A stretch of DNA of 63,701 nucleotides, the filler included, from Folioceros fuciformis (taxonomy: Eukaryota): NCBI GenBank assembly GCA_049999805.1. It is 18 parts of 18 records of this genome, joined end to end, with 100 filler letters (N's around TTAATTAATTAA, not from the genome) between each part and the next. Parts side by side here need not be neighbours in the genome. Positions count along the whole stretch, not along the records: positions 47,510 to 50,845 come from JBNGIO010002738.1; positions 50,946 to 52,343 come from JBNGIO010002739.1; positions 52,444 to 53,873 come from JBNGIO010002740.1; positions 53,974 to 57,568 come from JBNGIO010002742.1; positions 57,669 to 61,975 come from JBNGIO010002743.1; 13 more parts are not named here. One strand, 5' to 3'. Below are positions 47,510 to 59,394 of this stretch, in pieces. Under the pieces are notes generated by a model. It made no database searches. It was not told where the DNA came from and saw only the letters and a program-made list of their open reading frames with translations. Positions within the stretch are counted from its first letter, which is position 1. Each line of letters opens with the position of its first letter. The translations under genes were made by a program, and so were the position numbers.

Positions 47510-50441
47510 CTAAGCTACGTGGTTACCTATACCAGGGATGGTATGCTAACAGTAGCAGGTCTAGCCTCATCAAGCTTGAATTTTTGCAAAATGTCATTGA
47601 TGTAATTGTATTGGTGCACTATAATCATTCCTTCCTCTCGTACCCTTAGGATCTATACCCCAAGGCAGTACTTGAGCTCACCAATATCTTTCATCTCGAA
47701 TTTGGTGCTCGGCATAAGTTTGACTTCAGCTAACAGTAGTTGACTGTTTGTGGCGAGGATGATGTCGTCTACATACAGTGCCAACACCACAAAGTCATCA
47801 CCTCTGCTCAGCCTGTATACATTTGAGTCGGCAGTGCTCTGGACGAAGGAAATACTAATAAGGTAAATGTGCATGGTTATATACCAAACCCTGCCACTCT
47901 GTTTCAAGCCATAGATGCATTTAAGCAGCTTTAGGACTTTGGTAGGGTTGTCAAGATCCTCACATCCCTCTGGTTGTGCAATGTATAGTTCCTCGTTGAG
48001 AGCACCATAAAGGAATGCAGTACACACGTCCATTTGTTGTAGGTCCAAATTCAGCTCAGCTGCCAGGGCAAGGATTATGCGAATGGACTGTGAGCAAACT
48101 ACAAGGGAGAATGTCTCCTGGTAGTCCAAGCCTTCAACTTGGGTATACCCCCTAGCTACAAGCCTTGGTTTGTAACGTGCGATTTCCCCTTGGGCATTAA
48201 GTTTCAATTTGAACACCCACTTGTAGGAGATGGGTTTTTGTCCAGGGGGCAGATCGACAAGTTTCCAAGTTTTGTTCTTGAGCAAGGACTGGTATTTGTC
48301 CTCCACTACGATCTGCTACTTGGAAGCATCATGCTCGGCCATAGCTTGTTTGTAGAAGCTGGGTTCCTTAGAAGGGAGAATATCCATGGTAGCACCATAT
48401 ACTGCTGAAGAGGACCGAAAGTTCACAGACTAATACCGCGGCTCTAGCCACTAATCAGGAGAAGGCCAGGTACAGGTAGAACGATGAGGGCCAGGTGCAT
48501 CAGGTGCTACAAAGTCCTCATAGGTAACCTCAACACCACCGTCGAAAGAGTCCAAGTCCATGTCCCCAATGGAGGCCACTTCATCGATAGTGGTAGCATG
48601 ATCCTGAGAGCAGGATTCTGGACTAACTTATCTACAGTGGGTGGTGCAAGTATAGTTGGAGGAGCAAGAGCTGCAGAATCATCGACAGCAGCAGCTGCAG
48701 CAGAGTCTGCAATATCAGCTGAGGCAGGATCTGCAGCATCCTCAGTCTCATCAAGAGGAAAAGTGGCTATGTTGGAATCCTCGTCGAAGGAGTCATCAGC
48801 TGAGCCTTCGGACATAGCCGAAGCTGTAGCAATAGGAGTATGGGGTTCGACAAAGGTAACACTTCGAGCTAGTGTTACTGTCTATGATGCAGGGTCATAG
48901 AGTTTGTAAGCCTTAACATGCTCACTATTGCCGACAAAAATAAGGCTTTGAGCACGATTGTCTAACTTTTTTCTCTTCTCTACAGGAATATAGGCAAAAG
49001 CCTTAGACCCGAAGACCCAGAGGTGAAGTAAGCTAGGCTTGCGATGCCAAAAGACCTCAAAGGGTGTCCTCCCCTTGACTGAACTGGTCAGGACCCTGTT
49101 CAAGATGTAAGTGGCTGTGACTACAGCCTCTGCCTAGTACCCTTGTGGAAGGCCAGACCATAGCAGCATATTTCTCGTCATGCCCAGCAGGGTTTGGTTT
49201 TTGCATTCAGCAACCCCATTTTGCTGTTGGGTATACGGCACAATCAACTGCCTCTGGATGCCCTACTCAGATAAGTACTCATCGAAAGCACTACAGATTG
49301 GACTCCTTTGACAGGTTGTACAGATCCATCATTTAGAATGAAGGTACAAGTGCCATGTCCCTCCACAAAAAGTCCAGTGTCACTTCGCTCATCTCCTAAC
49401 AAAACTTTGTCCTTCATGCGATGCAAGGACAGCTTGGAGAACAAGGTTTTGTCGTTGCAGATGTGGGTGGTAGCTCCTGAGTCGAGATACCAATCCCCAA
49501 CATCATGAACGGTGCTTGTCAGGCAGATAGAGAGAATCTTCACTATGGCTTTCGAGTTTTCTCCCTTATCCTTCAAGGCTACACTAGCAGACTGCTTTGT
49601 GGCCTATTGCTGCTGGGTTTCTCCTGCCTTCTTCTTTCGGCAATCGCATGCCCAGTGGCCAGGTGCCCCACACCAATTGCAGTTACAAGTTTTCTTGGTG
49701 CCTGAAGAGGTAAAGTCAGAACCAGAACTAGAAATGTTCTTGCCTTTTTGTCTGTTAGGCTTGAACTTTGCAGCTAACACTTTGTCAGCCTTTGCTCTTG
49801 TGTTTCCTACAGAGAACAAACGGCTCTATTCTTCCTGATGCAAGGCAGCCACTATGTCGTCGACAGTAAGGGTGCTTGCATTCCCGGCGGCAACAGCAGC
49901 ATGTGAGGTGCACAAGGGTCCGTTGTACGAGCTAAACAAACTGCTGGAGTGATGCTAGCAAGCTGCTCAAGAGCTAGACCATAGCATGCTCTTCCTCAAT
50001 CTTGTAATTGAAAGAGGCAAGCTAAGCACGAAGGCGGCAAAATTTATTGGTAAATCCCCCCGCTTTGTCCCCGTCCTTCATCCTCAGGGCGTAGAATTCT
50101 TGCCATACGGCACACTTGGTCATGATGTTAGTAACCTGATACATTTTCTTGAGTTGATTCCAAATCTTGATGCCCTTGGTCAGGTACTCAACGTCAGGAA
50201 CAAGAAGAGCATCCAAGCCATTGATAATGACAGCTACAGCAACTTCATTGTGAGCTGTCCATTTATCTATATGAGCTTGGCTACCGGTCTAAAGATCCGG
50301 TTCAGGAAATCCTCCACCAACAACACTCCAGACTCCCTTGGCTATCAGGAGAGCTTTCATGTGAACTTTCCACACAGGGTACAGCTTCCCATTAAACCTA
50401 TCTTTTTCCTTTAGTTCTAATGTGAAGGAAGGGGTTGTCAT
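47510..50441 (-). mobile_element. Ty1/copia gag-pol, degenerate, with internal deletion near 49300 removing the integrase N-terminus
   Basis: FNGKLYPVWK, CNWCGAPGHWACDC, WYLDSGATTHIC, then a jump to QQNGVAE, LVARGYTQ, LYVDDI. Confidence 0.92.
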
Positions 50442-51339
50442 GGTTGTTGTTGTTGTCCTTGTGATAGGTACAACAAATGGGTAGGTCCAGGAACTAGAGA
50501 TATTTGCAGCATATAGGTCTTCTTCCCCCTTAGGCTCCCAAGAACTCGTCAAAGCTAAGGTCAGATGCATTGTGTGTACTATCTGTATTAGACATACGTG
50601 AACTAGCTAAGTCCCTTTCAAAAACTATGGTTTGAAAAGAAAAATAGTTAGGTCAGTTATGCTCCGATCTTGCTATTCCTGACAAATGTTCATTAGTGAT
50701 ACTAACAAAACGTGTCCAGGGGAGTAGTTGAGGGTGACAGCCTGGGAGGGGGTGGATATCAATGTATTTGAACCTTAACAGGCTAGCTCCCTCATCTACC
50801 TTCCTGAATACGTAATAGTGCAGGAATGAGACAGACACCAACCCCNNNNNNNNNNNNNNNNNNNNNNNNNNNNNNNNNNNNNNNNNNNNTTAATTAATTA
50901 ANNNNNNNNNNNNNNNNNNNNNNNNNNNNNNNNNNNNNNNNNNNNCATCCTATCTGTGCTGCTTGCGTAACTACAGAAGGGGAGATCATCATGGCCCACC
51001 AATTGCTTGCTGTGCGTCCGAGAGCCTTAAAGACAAGTTCCCTAGCAGCATCGCTCATTCGCTCGCGATCCAGATGTCAACGAAAATTGGTTCGATTCCA
51101 GGGAAGAGTAGACTTCACTTTCCGCGACTCATCATGGAGCTCTGCATGCGATTCGGACACGGGGCTGTTTCTCCAAACAGGAATGCATGTACGGATCATC
51201 CCAGATGTTTCTTAAATAACTGAAGTGGCACCCCCAAGAGAAGGGAACGTGCAAAACTCACGTGCGATACCCTCAATTGCAGAATCCAACGGCTCTCACT
51301 CCTCCTCAACGCTCCAAAGCATTTGATACCCATAAGGCA

Positions 51340-51637
51340 AAGATGACTACCACAAAGGAGGAGGAGGGCCACGTCGAAGGCGCCATGAAGCGTCTTCATG
51401 ATGACACTGGAGAGTTTGGAAGCATGGGAAGACAGCAACGAACAAGCATCAATGCACACAAGCACAATGGGAGCACACGGCCGACACAGAGAGGATGCTT
51501 GGTTCATCGACTCTGCCACAACATCACACATGTCACTAAGAAAAGAGTGGTTCACATCGCTGAGTAAGATCGCACCACAGCGAGTTCGTATGGGGAACAA
51601 TTTCGTTCAACTTGCTGTCGCAGTGGGAGACATACGG
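51340..51637 (+). mobile_element. Copia protease fragment interrupted by another insertion at about 51638
   Basis: WFIDSATTSHMS...VRMGNN...VGDI. Confidence 0.75.
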
Positions 51638-51829
51638 TGTGGGCAAGCGGGCATGGTATCCCTACCAGGCACCCGCTCACATGTATCGTGGCCACATCAA
51701 TCCCACAGTCGTTGTAGGTTTCTCCGGAATCACTCCCCTCTGAGCCTGGTCAGCTACGTCTATCGCTCCCCTACACTAGTCAACTCTCCCAACCACGTAC
51801 CTACCAATCTGGCCACACGTCCCATCAAT

Positions 51830-52140
51830 AGGTAAGCACCATTCCTTCACTTGGAAGGGCCCCAGTACCTCCCCTACCGATTTCTACCTCCCTACACTCG
51901 ATACCTTTTCCTCACAAGGCTCCCTACAACACCTTCCTCTACCCACAATCTAGCTGCTCATCTCCCTACACCCACCAACCAACGAGTTTCCTCCAAGCCT
52001 ACTCCGCTCCCTCCAACTCTGTTTATCGTTCGCCTACGATATTCAACCTTTCCCAGCGCGTACCTTCAACACGTCCAGTCGGTAGGAAGGCACCATTCCT
52101 TCACTTGGAAGGGCCCCAGTACCTCCCCTACCAACTTCCA
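51830..52140. repeat. Direct repeat of about 45 bp, 254 bp apart
   Basis: CACCATTCCTTCACTTGGAAGGGCCCCAGTACCTCCCCTACC at 51837 and 52091. Confidence 0.85.
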
Positions 52141-53202
52141 ACTACCTACACCCAGCACCTTTCCCCACAAGTCTCCTCACAACACCTTCTACATGATCCA
52201 ACTCCTCGTTTCCCTACGTTCAAGACTCCCAACCAGACATCACAAGAACCTTTGCGATCGGCAATAGAAAGGGCACTCGCAGCTCCCCCTTCCGCCAGGA
52301 TGTCCATGCAGGCTTACGAAAATTGGTTCTCTATTCGTCACGANNNNNNNNNNNNNNNNNNNNNNNNNNNNNNNNNNNNNNNNNNNNTTAATTAATTAAN
52401 NNNNNNNNNNNNNNNNNNNNNNNNNNNNNNNNNNNNNNNNNNNCTCATAGGTTGGGCGGAAGCAAACGATACACCACTAAATCTCACAAGTAGGGCATAA
52501 GCAAACGATACACCACTAAATTTCACAGGTAGGGAGCTACGCCCGCTATTTGAAACATAAAACTTAGCCAACACAACCTTAGGTACTTGGTATATATTGT
52601 AGAGATACAACACCCTAGGGCTTAAAATAAATTAGGAAAAGTAATATATTGGAATGTTTATCGTGTCATTAAACATGCAAATAATAATTACGCCATAATT
52701 AAAGTATCTTGGTAAGTATACAAAGAATAATTAGTTCATAATTATGTTAATATACATGTTTAGTGGTTTTTCAAAAGATGGCACCTAATCCAAAAAATGA
52801 AGGATTAACATTGGTTTGCTTACCCACAAACAAATATGGAAAGGAGGTGGTATCAAAGGTAGTAGTAGAGTTATGGAGACCACCTTCCCCACAAGTAGAC
52901 AACATATGGAATAGAGTAAGCAGCAACAAGAACAAACAAGCTAGAGAGGGCTCTCCTTTGAGCAAGGCCATTAATGAAATATAGCTTGTTTTTAAATGTA
53001 ATATTTATTAAAACATAATAGTGAGTTAAAATACATTTATGTTAGGTTTGATTTTATTATTAGTTAATTGATAGCTTCTATAACTGCCATAACCATTTTT
53101 TGTGTGTTTAAGACCTTTCTCTATTTTGAGCAACGTACACTTAATTGTCTCTTCTCATCTACCTCACTGACTTGCACCTTGCTATCCCCATGATTTCTAT
53201 TA

Positions 53203-53215
53203 TGGCATCAGAGCC
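53203..53215 (+). promoter_or_regulatory. iMet-type primer binding site after an AT-rich LTR-like segment
   Basis: TGGCATCAGAGCC. Confidence 0.5.
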
Positions 53216-54139
53216 CTGGTTCTACTTATCGCCCATGTAGCTAATCCTCATGGGGTAGCTATGCTTTTCTATCTATATATAAAGGAATAGGAGAAATGAC
53301 ATTTGCCTTCAATGAGGCAAATTATCAACTATTTGAAGCAATGGAGTAATTTGTAGGCTGGGGGTAGTTGCACGATAGGTAGGTTGTAGGAAGAATCGCG
53401 ATGATATCCCCCTAGTGATTCTCCATAAGTGCACAAAAAATTGAAGGGCCTGCCTCACAAGGATGCAGTAGGAGCGTTCCCCACGGCAATTTAGCCCTAT
53501 AAAGTTTTTCTATAATTACCAGCCACGCCATAATGATAGCTTTGCCCCAGCAATTTTCAGCGGCGGCCATGCCTTAGAGTATAGAAGCCCCAGCACAATT
53601 GTGATGATTCTCTTGGCAGCTTTCCGGCAGACGTGTGCACAACGGCGCCCATGCCCCAAGCTTTCTAGCAAGCAATCTACATCAAATTGTGAAGGTGCTA
53701 CAGTTGATTTGCAGCCACAATCCAAAGGCGCAACGAGCGCAACGCGAGCATTGCAAAGGAAGCCCGAACTGCTATGTATGGGTGCGCCGATAGCAAGTTC
53801 TTGTGCACGTCAACCAGTTTGTTGCGATGCGCGCTACAGGGGATCCCAAATTCAGAAATTGTAGTCACAATTTNNNNNNNNNNNNNNNNNNNNNNNNNNN
53901 NNNNNNNNNNNNNNNNNTTAATTAATTAANNNNNNNNNNNNNNNNNNNNNNNNNNNNNNNNNNNNNNNNNNNNAGTCATCCTCCCTACCCTGATCGTTTG
54001 GGAATGTATCCCATATCATCGATTGAGTGTGTAAAGTCATCCTCCCTACCTGATTGTTTGGGAATATATCCCTTGTTGTTGTTTGGGAATGTACTGATAA
54101 ATATTGGAATGAATTGGAGTAGATTAATTGCTATATTAA

Positions 54140-55765
54140 ACAATTACATTATTGATAAAAGAATATTACAATAAGAGCACTTGTCAAAAATGGCTAACTG
54201 AACTTAAATTGTTATGAATAGACATAACCTTTCACTAAGGGACATGACTTTTAATAAATGGGTATTGAAATGATAATCATAATAATCCTGTACACACATA
54301 CTATAAATGTTGACATCACTGAACCCTAATAAATCAGCACTTATTCTCATCACTCCCACTTGCTGATTATTATGGGTCGGTCAATCTTCTCCTTCTCGAG
54401 TAGCCTATGGAGACTGTGAGTTCAGCTGGGCTTTGTGCTTAAGCGTGTGTGCACTCTGTGTGGCATAGGCTCCCAATGGAGCGGGATAGTGTGAAGTTAG
54501 CTCTGTTCAGGTTTGTTGTTTTAGTAGCTCTTGTTTACGCCCCATGCCATATAGCGGCTAGGCATAGGCTCAACTCCTCAAAGAACATGGCGTCTTCAGG
54601 GTCTAAGGAAGGTGCGTCTCCTGCAAAGCGGCACATCTACCAACGGGATCAGCTAGGGCACTTCGCAGCAGCCACAGCTAGAGCAACTGCCTTTGTGGAA
54701 GGCGCGAGAGTGCATCAACCTGCACAAACAGCGAGACAAAGTACGAGGAGAGCAAGCAGCTCAGGACGGCCGCGAGGGAGACCCCGAGGCACCAACTGCT
54801 GCCATGGGAGGTCTGAGGGTAGGTCACGTGAAGACATCCATTCTCGGGCTACAGTGGAAAGACGCCGCTTCAATCGTGGTGAGTTTGAGTATGCTGATTG
54901 TGATCAGTGTCCACCAGTTCCGCCCAGTCATGTTCAAATGACCCAGAGCCTAGTATCTTGCAGGGATCAAAAGCATCAATGATCTTGCACTCTGTAGGGG
55001 TAAATAGGATGTGAGTATTGTTATCCAAGTTTAGTTTCCTAACAGAGATGAGATTCCTAGTCATTTCAGGGACATAATATACATCTTTCAGTATAAGTGT
55101 CATTCCGGAGGGAACTCGAATTGTTACAGTGCGTTTTCCCGGAGACACAAGTGATCTATCATCACCAAGGTAGACACACTGATTGTCTACTAGTCTGTTT
55201 GTGACAAAAGCATTTCTGTCAAAGCATATGTGCGTTGTTGCACCAGTATCAAGGTACCATTCATTAACTGGTCGATCTTGTATATTTGCAGACAAACAAG
55301 GGGGGTTAGCAAAAGGAATCGCAAACTTCCTTATCCCTACTGTCAAGGTTGAAGGTGAGGCTTGCTTTTTCACCACAACATGTGTCTGAGAAGTGTAGTT
55401 GCCCTCCTTGTAAGGTACTCTGGCCTACTTCCTTCGACACTCATTTTCCCAATGTCCTGGAACTTGGCACCAGTGGCATTTTCCAGTCCTTTTGGGTTTG
55501 TTCTGTGCTGTAGCTCGCCGTGAGCTACCAGTACCTTGAAAGGTATTCTGTTTACCTTTAAAGTTAGGCCTTGCGCCTTTGTTTCTGTTTGTGGTGTAAA
55601 GAGCCTGCTGCTTGCCAGCATGCTTATTCTGACCTCTTGTTGCTTCTTCTTGAAGAAGAGCTCCCACTTACTCTGAAAATGTTGTCTGTGGTATAGTGAC
55701 ATTTGCAACCTTATCAATCTTAGCAGCCTGAAGCTAGGAAGCATTATATGAGGTTACAAAATGTA
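54140..55765 (-). mobile_element. Non-autonomous copia: gag-protease, unrelated filler, PPT and 3' LTR (starts 54352); no IN/RT/RH
   Basis: GALLQEE, CHWCQVPGHWENECRRK, WYLDTGATTHIC, RNLISVRKL; AAGTGGGAG|TGATGAGAAT at 54352. Left LTR limit approximate. Confidence 0.7.
54587..54982 (+). CDS. Antisense basic ORF with AT-hook-like GRPRGRPR motif
   Basis: ATG in good context (AACATGG), 131 codons, motif SSGRPRGRPRGT. Confidence 0.35.
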   Translation: MASSGSKEGASPAKRHIYQRDQLGHFAAATARATAFVEGARVHQPAQTARQSTRRASSSGRPRGRPRGTNCCHGRSEGRSREDIHSRATVERRRFNRGEFEYADCDQCPPVPPSHVQMTQSLVSCRDQKHQ

Positions 55766-56596
55766 TCGAATCGCACCAGCAGCTTTCGCCACCGCGATGA
55801 GATTTTGCTTAGGTTTGGCCCACACCTTGGCTTTTTCTCTCTCTACATGCAATTGTGGGGTTGCCATTGTCGATACAAGGTCCCATTTGGCATGTTGTCT
55901 CGTTGGGGGGCACCGCATTGCCACTCATGATGCAGTTCGAGATGTCATGTTCTCAATGGCTAGGGACTGTGGGTTTCTTCCATATAGGGAGCGTCCATAT
56001 ACTTTGCGCAATGGGGTTTCACTTAGAGCCGACCTTTTCTTCACTAGGGGAGAACAGGTTTGTGTTGCTGATGTGGTTGTTACGAATCCCACTAGGGATT
56101 TGCTTTGTGAGCACGTCATCATCAACCCCCCTGGTTGGGCAGCAGAGGGTTGTGCAAGTGCCAAAGTCCATAAGTATTCTCCCTTGCAAGATGGGCATAC
56201 TTTCATCCCCCTTGCTCTTGAGACTCATGGAGCTATGAACAAGGACTTTTCAAGGTTTATCAAGGAGTGCGCCAAGGTTTATCAGAGCAATAGGAATGGT
56301 GTTCTCCCTCTTTCCTCTGTGGTGGCCTTCTTTCGACAACATGTATTCATTGCTTTGCAACGAGCATTGGCCAATGCAGTTTTTAGAACAGCAACAAATG
56401 CAGGTTAAGCGGTTTCTTCGGCACCGGTGGTAGGTAGGCCTTTTGTTATCCCACATCATGATATTTTGGGAGCAGTAGGTTTTGAAAATGATATTCGAAG
56501 GGAAGAGTACCTCTTTTTGCCTTTGGCCCTAATAGGGTTGTTCCTCTAATCTTTGGAGTAGATGGCACTTTTCATCTCTTTTTCAATCATAGAAAA
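55765..56596 (+). mobile_element. 5'-truncated RLE-type (CRE-like) non-LTR retrotransposon, endonuclease domain
   Basis: CNCG...HLACC knuckle, RIATHDAVRD, RADL...VADV, KVHKY, FIPLALETHG, IALQR..A. Confidence 0.85.
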
Positions 56597-56606
56597 TACT
56601 GGATCT

Positions 56607-57055
56607 TTATCCTATCCGTGTATATGATATTGTATCCATATAGGATATCATATTTCTGTATAGGATATTATATCTTTGCTTGTGTGTTGTTGTATAGGAT
56701 ATTGTATTGTATTCGTGTTTGTGTATTCATGTGTAGGATATTATATTTGTGTTTGTGTATCCGTATAGAATATCCTATTCGTGTATAGGATATTGTATGC
56801 GTGTTTATGTTAGCGGTGACCTATAGGATATTGTATGTGTGTTTGTGTTGGTGGTGTATTGTATGTGTGTTTGAGTTGGCGGCCTAGAGGATATTATATC
56901 CGTATTGCTGTTCACCTATCCATGTATAGGATATTGTATCCACATTTGTGCAGGCTTTCAATGTCTATATCATTCCTCTCCTCTCCTCTAGGATATTGTA
57001 TCCACATTTGTGCTGGCTTTCAATGTCTATATCATTCCTCTCCTCTCCTCTCCTC
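56607..57055. repeat. Degenerate ATAGGATATTGTAT array ending in a 62-bp duplication
   Basis: Repeated AGGATATT(G/A)TAT motif; 62-bp units at 56928 and 56990. Confidence 0.8.
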
Positions 57056-57099
57056 TCCGGGTTCCTCTTAAGGTGCAGACTAGTTAAGGGCGGGTGCAG

Positions 57100-57251
57100 G
57101 CAGGTCAAGGGCCTCCTCTTAGGGTGCAGGCCTTGGCGCAGGTCAAGTGCCTCCTGTTAGGGTGCAGGCCTTGGCGCAGGTCAAGTGCCTCCTCTTAGGG
57201 TGCAGGCCTTGGCGCAGGTCAAGTGCCTCCTCTTAGGGTGCAGGCCTTGGC
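57100..57251. repeat. 38-bp tandem repeat, 4 copies, each containing TTAGGG
   Basis: TTAGGGTGCAGGCCTTGGCGCAGGTCAAGTGCCTCCTC at 57119, 57157, 57195 and 57233. Confidence 0.92.
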
Positions 57252-57275
57252 ATATGCCAAGGTTAGCCGTTCATC

Positions 57276-57568
57276 ATGGCTCCTAATTTTGGACGCTTGG
57301 AGGCTATTAGCCTCATTCAAAAGGTTATAGGAATTTTGGCTGCAGACTCTAATCCTCTTAAGAGCTAAAGGCAAGAAAAACGAGGCGAAGCTGGCCTTGG
57401 AGAATGCGGTGGTGTCACTAACAAGGGAGGCCAATCTTTTTGAAGCTATCCAACAACAGGTGCTTACAGTTAATGTAGAACTCAAACAAGTTATTCGGTC
57501 CTCTTCTAATGAAGTCAAATCTGAGTTCAAGGTTTCTCGCCCTTCCTCTTATGCTGCTGCGGTCCACT
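57276..57568 (+). mobile_element. Probable LINE ORF1 N-terminus
   Basis: Coiled-coil-like segment followed by SSYAAAV, a typical ORF1 motif. Frameshifted and truncated by the contig end. Confidence 0.4.
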
Positions 57569-57668
57569 NNNNNNNNNNNNNNNNNNNNNNNNNNNNNNNN
57601 NNNNNNNNNNNNTTAATTAATTAANNNNNNNNNNNNNNNNNNNNNNNNNNNNNNNNNNNNNNNNNNNN

Positions 57669-58951
57669 CGCCCAAGGTGGGGTGGACCCTATAGGTGGTG
57701 TCGTCGGAGGAGTAACGACAGCAAGTGTAGGGAGGGGTGGAATATGGGGTGCGGGAGGTACATAGGCAGCACCATCATGGAGAAACGTCTCCATAGAGAC
57801 CTGTGAATCAGGGGCTGGATTATCTTGCAGAGCGGCAAAGTTTGTCAAGAGAGGCAGCTCATTAAAAATGACATTGCGGGCAAGAATGACCCGACGAGTC
57901 TGTCTGTTCAACAAGCCATAGCCTTTAACTCCATCAGATTCACCGTAGCCAATGAAAGTCAGTGTGGTGGACCGGGGATCCAATTTCTTTCGTAATTCTG
58001 GTGGAACATGGGCATAGGCATCACAGCCAAAAATGCGAAAGTGGCTAACATTGGGCTTGCAGCCTGTCCATACTGTAGGGTTCTTAAAGCCCAATGTGCT
58101 TAGACTAATGTGTTTAGTCTAAGATTAGTGTCTAATTAAGTACCATTAGTTTAGATTAGCTTAAGCTAATTTGTAGGAAGCTTCTTGTGCAGCTTCCTGT
58201 GGGCTTCTTGTGAAGTTTCCTAGGGAGCTCTTCTAGAGGGTATAAATACCCTCTTAAGCTCCCTTGTATGTGTGACTCTATTGTGAGAGTGTGACCTCTC
58301 CTTCTCCTCTCCTCCTTGCTTCCTCCTCTCCTCTCCTTCTCTATGTAGCTCCTAGAGCGTTCCTTCACATACTTCATACGGAGTCTTGCCAGGAACAGTG
58401 GAAGTGTTGCAGCGGTTTTGAACGCAACAGGCTGTAGCAGCCGCATTTGCCCAAAGATAATTTGGAAGATATGCTGTGGCCAAGGAGCTGCGGACAGCAT
58501 CCATAAGAGACCGATTTCGGCGCTCCGCCTTGCCCAACTGCTGATGTGCATAGGGCACTATCTTCTGATGTTGAATGCCATGGGCCAACAAGTGAGCTTC
58601 AAAGGCAAGGGAAGATAGTTCCTTAGCATTGTCTAACCGAAAAATCTTAATGCGCTGACTAGTCTGATTTTCAGCTAAAGCCTGAAAGGTTTTAAAACTG
58701 AAGAATGCCTTTGACTTGTGAGTAAGGAAGTAGAGGGTGGTAAAGTGACTGTAGTCATCGAGAATGACAAAGATGTACAATTTTCCTGCAAGGGAAGGAG
58801 TCTGCATGGGACCACATAAGTCGACATGAACAACCTCAAGTACATTAGAGGTGTGTGAAGCGGACCTAGGATAGGGTTGGCTATGTTGCTTACCAGTAAA
58901 GCAACCAGGGCAGAAGGGCAAGTCAGACAGCGGAGGTAAACCTTCAACCAT
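57669..58951 (-). mobile_element. Ty1/copia integrase fragment split by a solo LTR
   Basis: CPGC, VHVDLCGP, DDYS, AERRNR, TPYEV|WTGCKPNVSHFRIFGC. Confidence 0.92.
58074..58367 (+). mobile_element. Solo LTR (294 bp) with 5-bp TSD CATAC
   Basis: TGTAGGG...CCTTCA, TATAAATA at about 58241, CATAC at 58069-58073 and 58368-58372. Confidence 0.92.
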
Positions 58952-59394
58952 CTAGGGTTAGAACTAACTGATACTATCTACAATCTACCGATCCGCCGAG
59001 AGGGCCGATGCTCATCTCCGCGACCACCTGGCCAACGGAAAATTCGTGTTCAAAGTTCGAGAGGGATCTGCGGATGTGCGCGTCCGCGATGCTGGTTTCT
59101 ACATCAGCGTCAACAGGCTTAAGCTGCCCATCCTCGAGGCCGTCGACTTGGGTCTCACTTCTGGGCGTCTGGAGCACTTAAATCACAATCCTTGTGACGA
59201 ATTTTCTACAAATTTTACAGCTTCCTTTGATTTCTCACCGGTCCGAGTTGTATGTTCTACTTCCTGCAGAATGCAATCCTGGCCCTCCTATGATCGCCTG
59301 GGACATGAGGTGGTGCACATCCTGATGGGCACTGGGAACCTCCAGCTGGTGGGTCTCAATGATGAAGAGCAGCTTGTGGACAGGAAAGTGCGGG

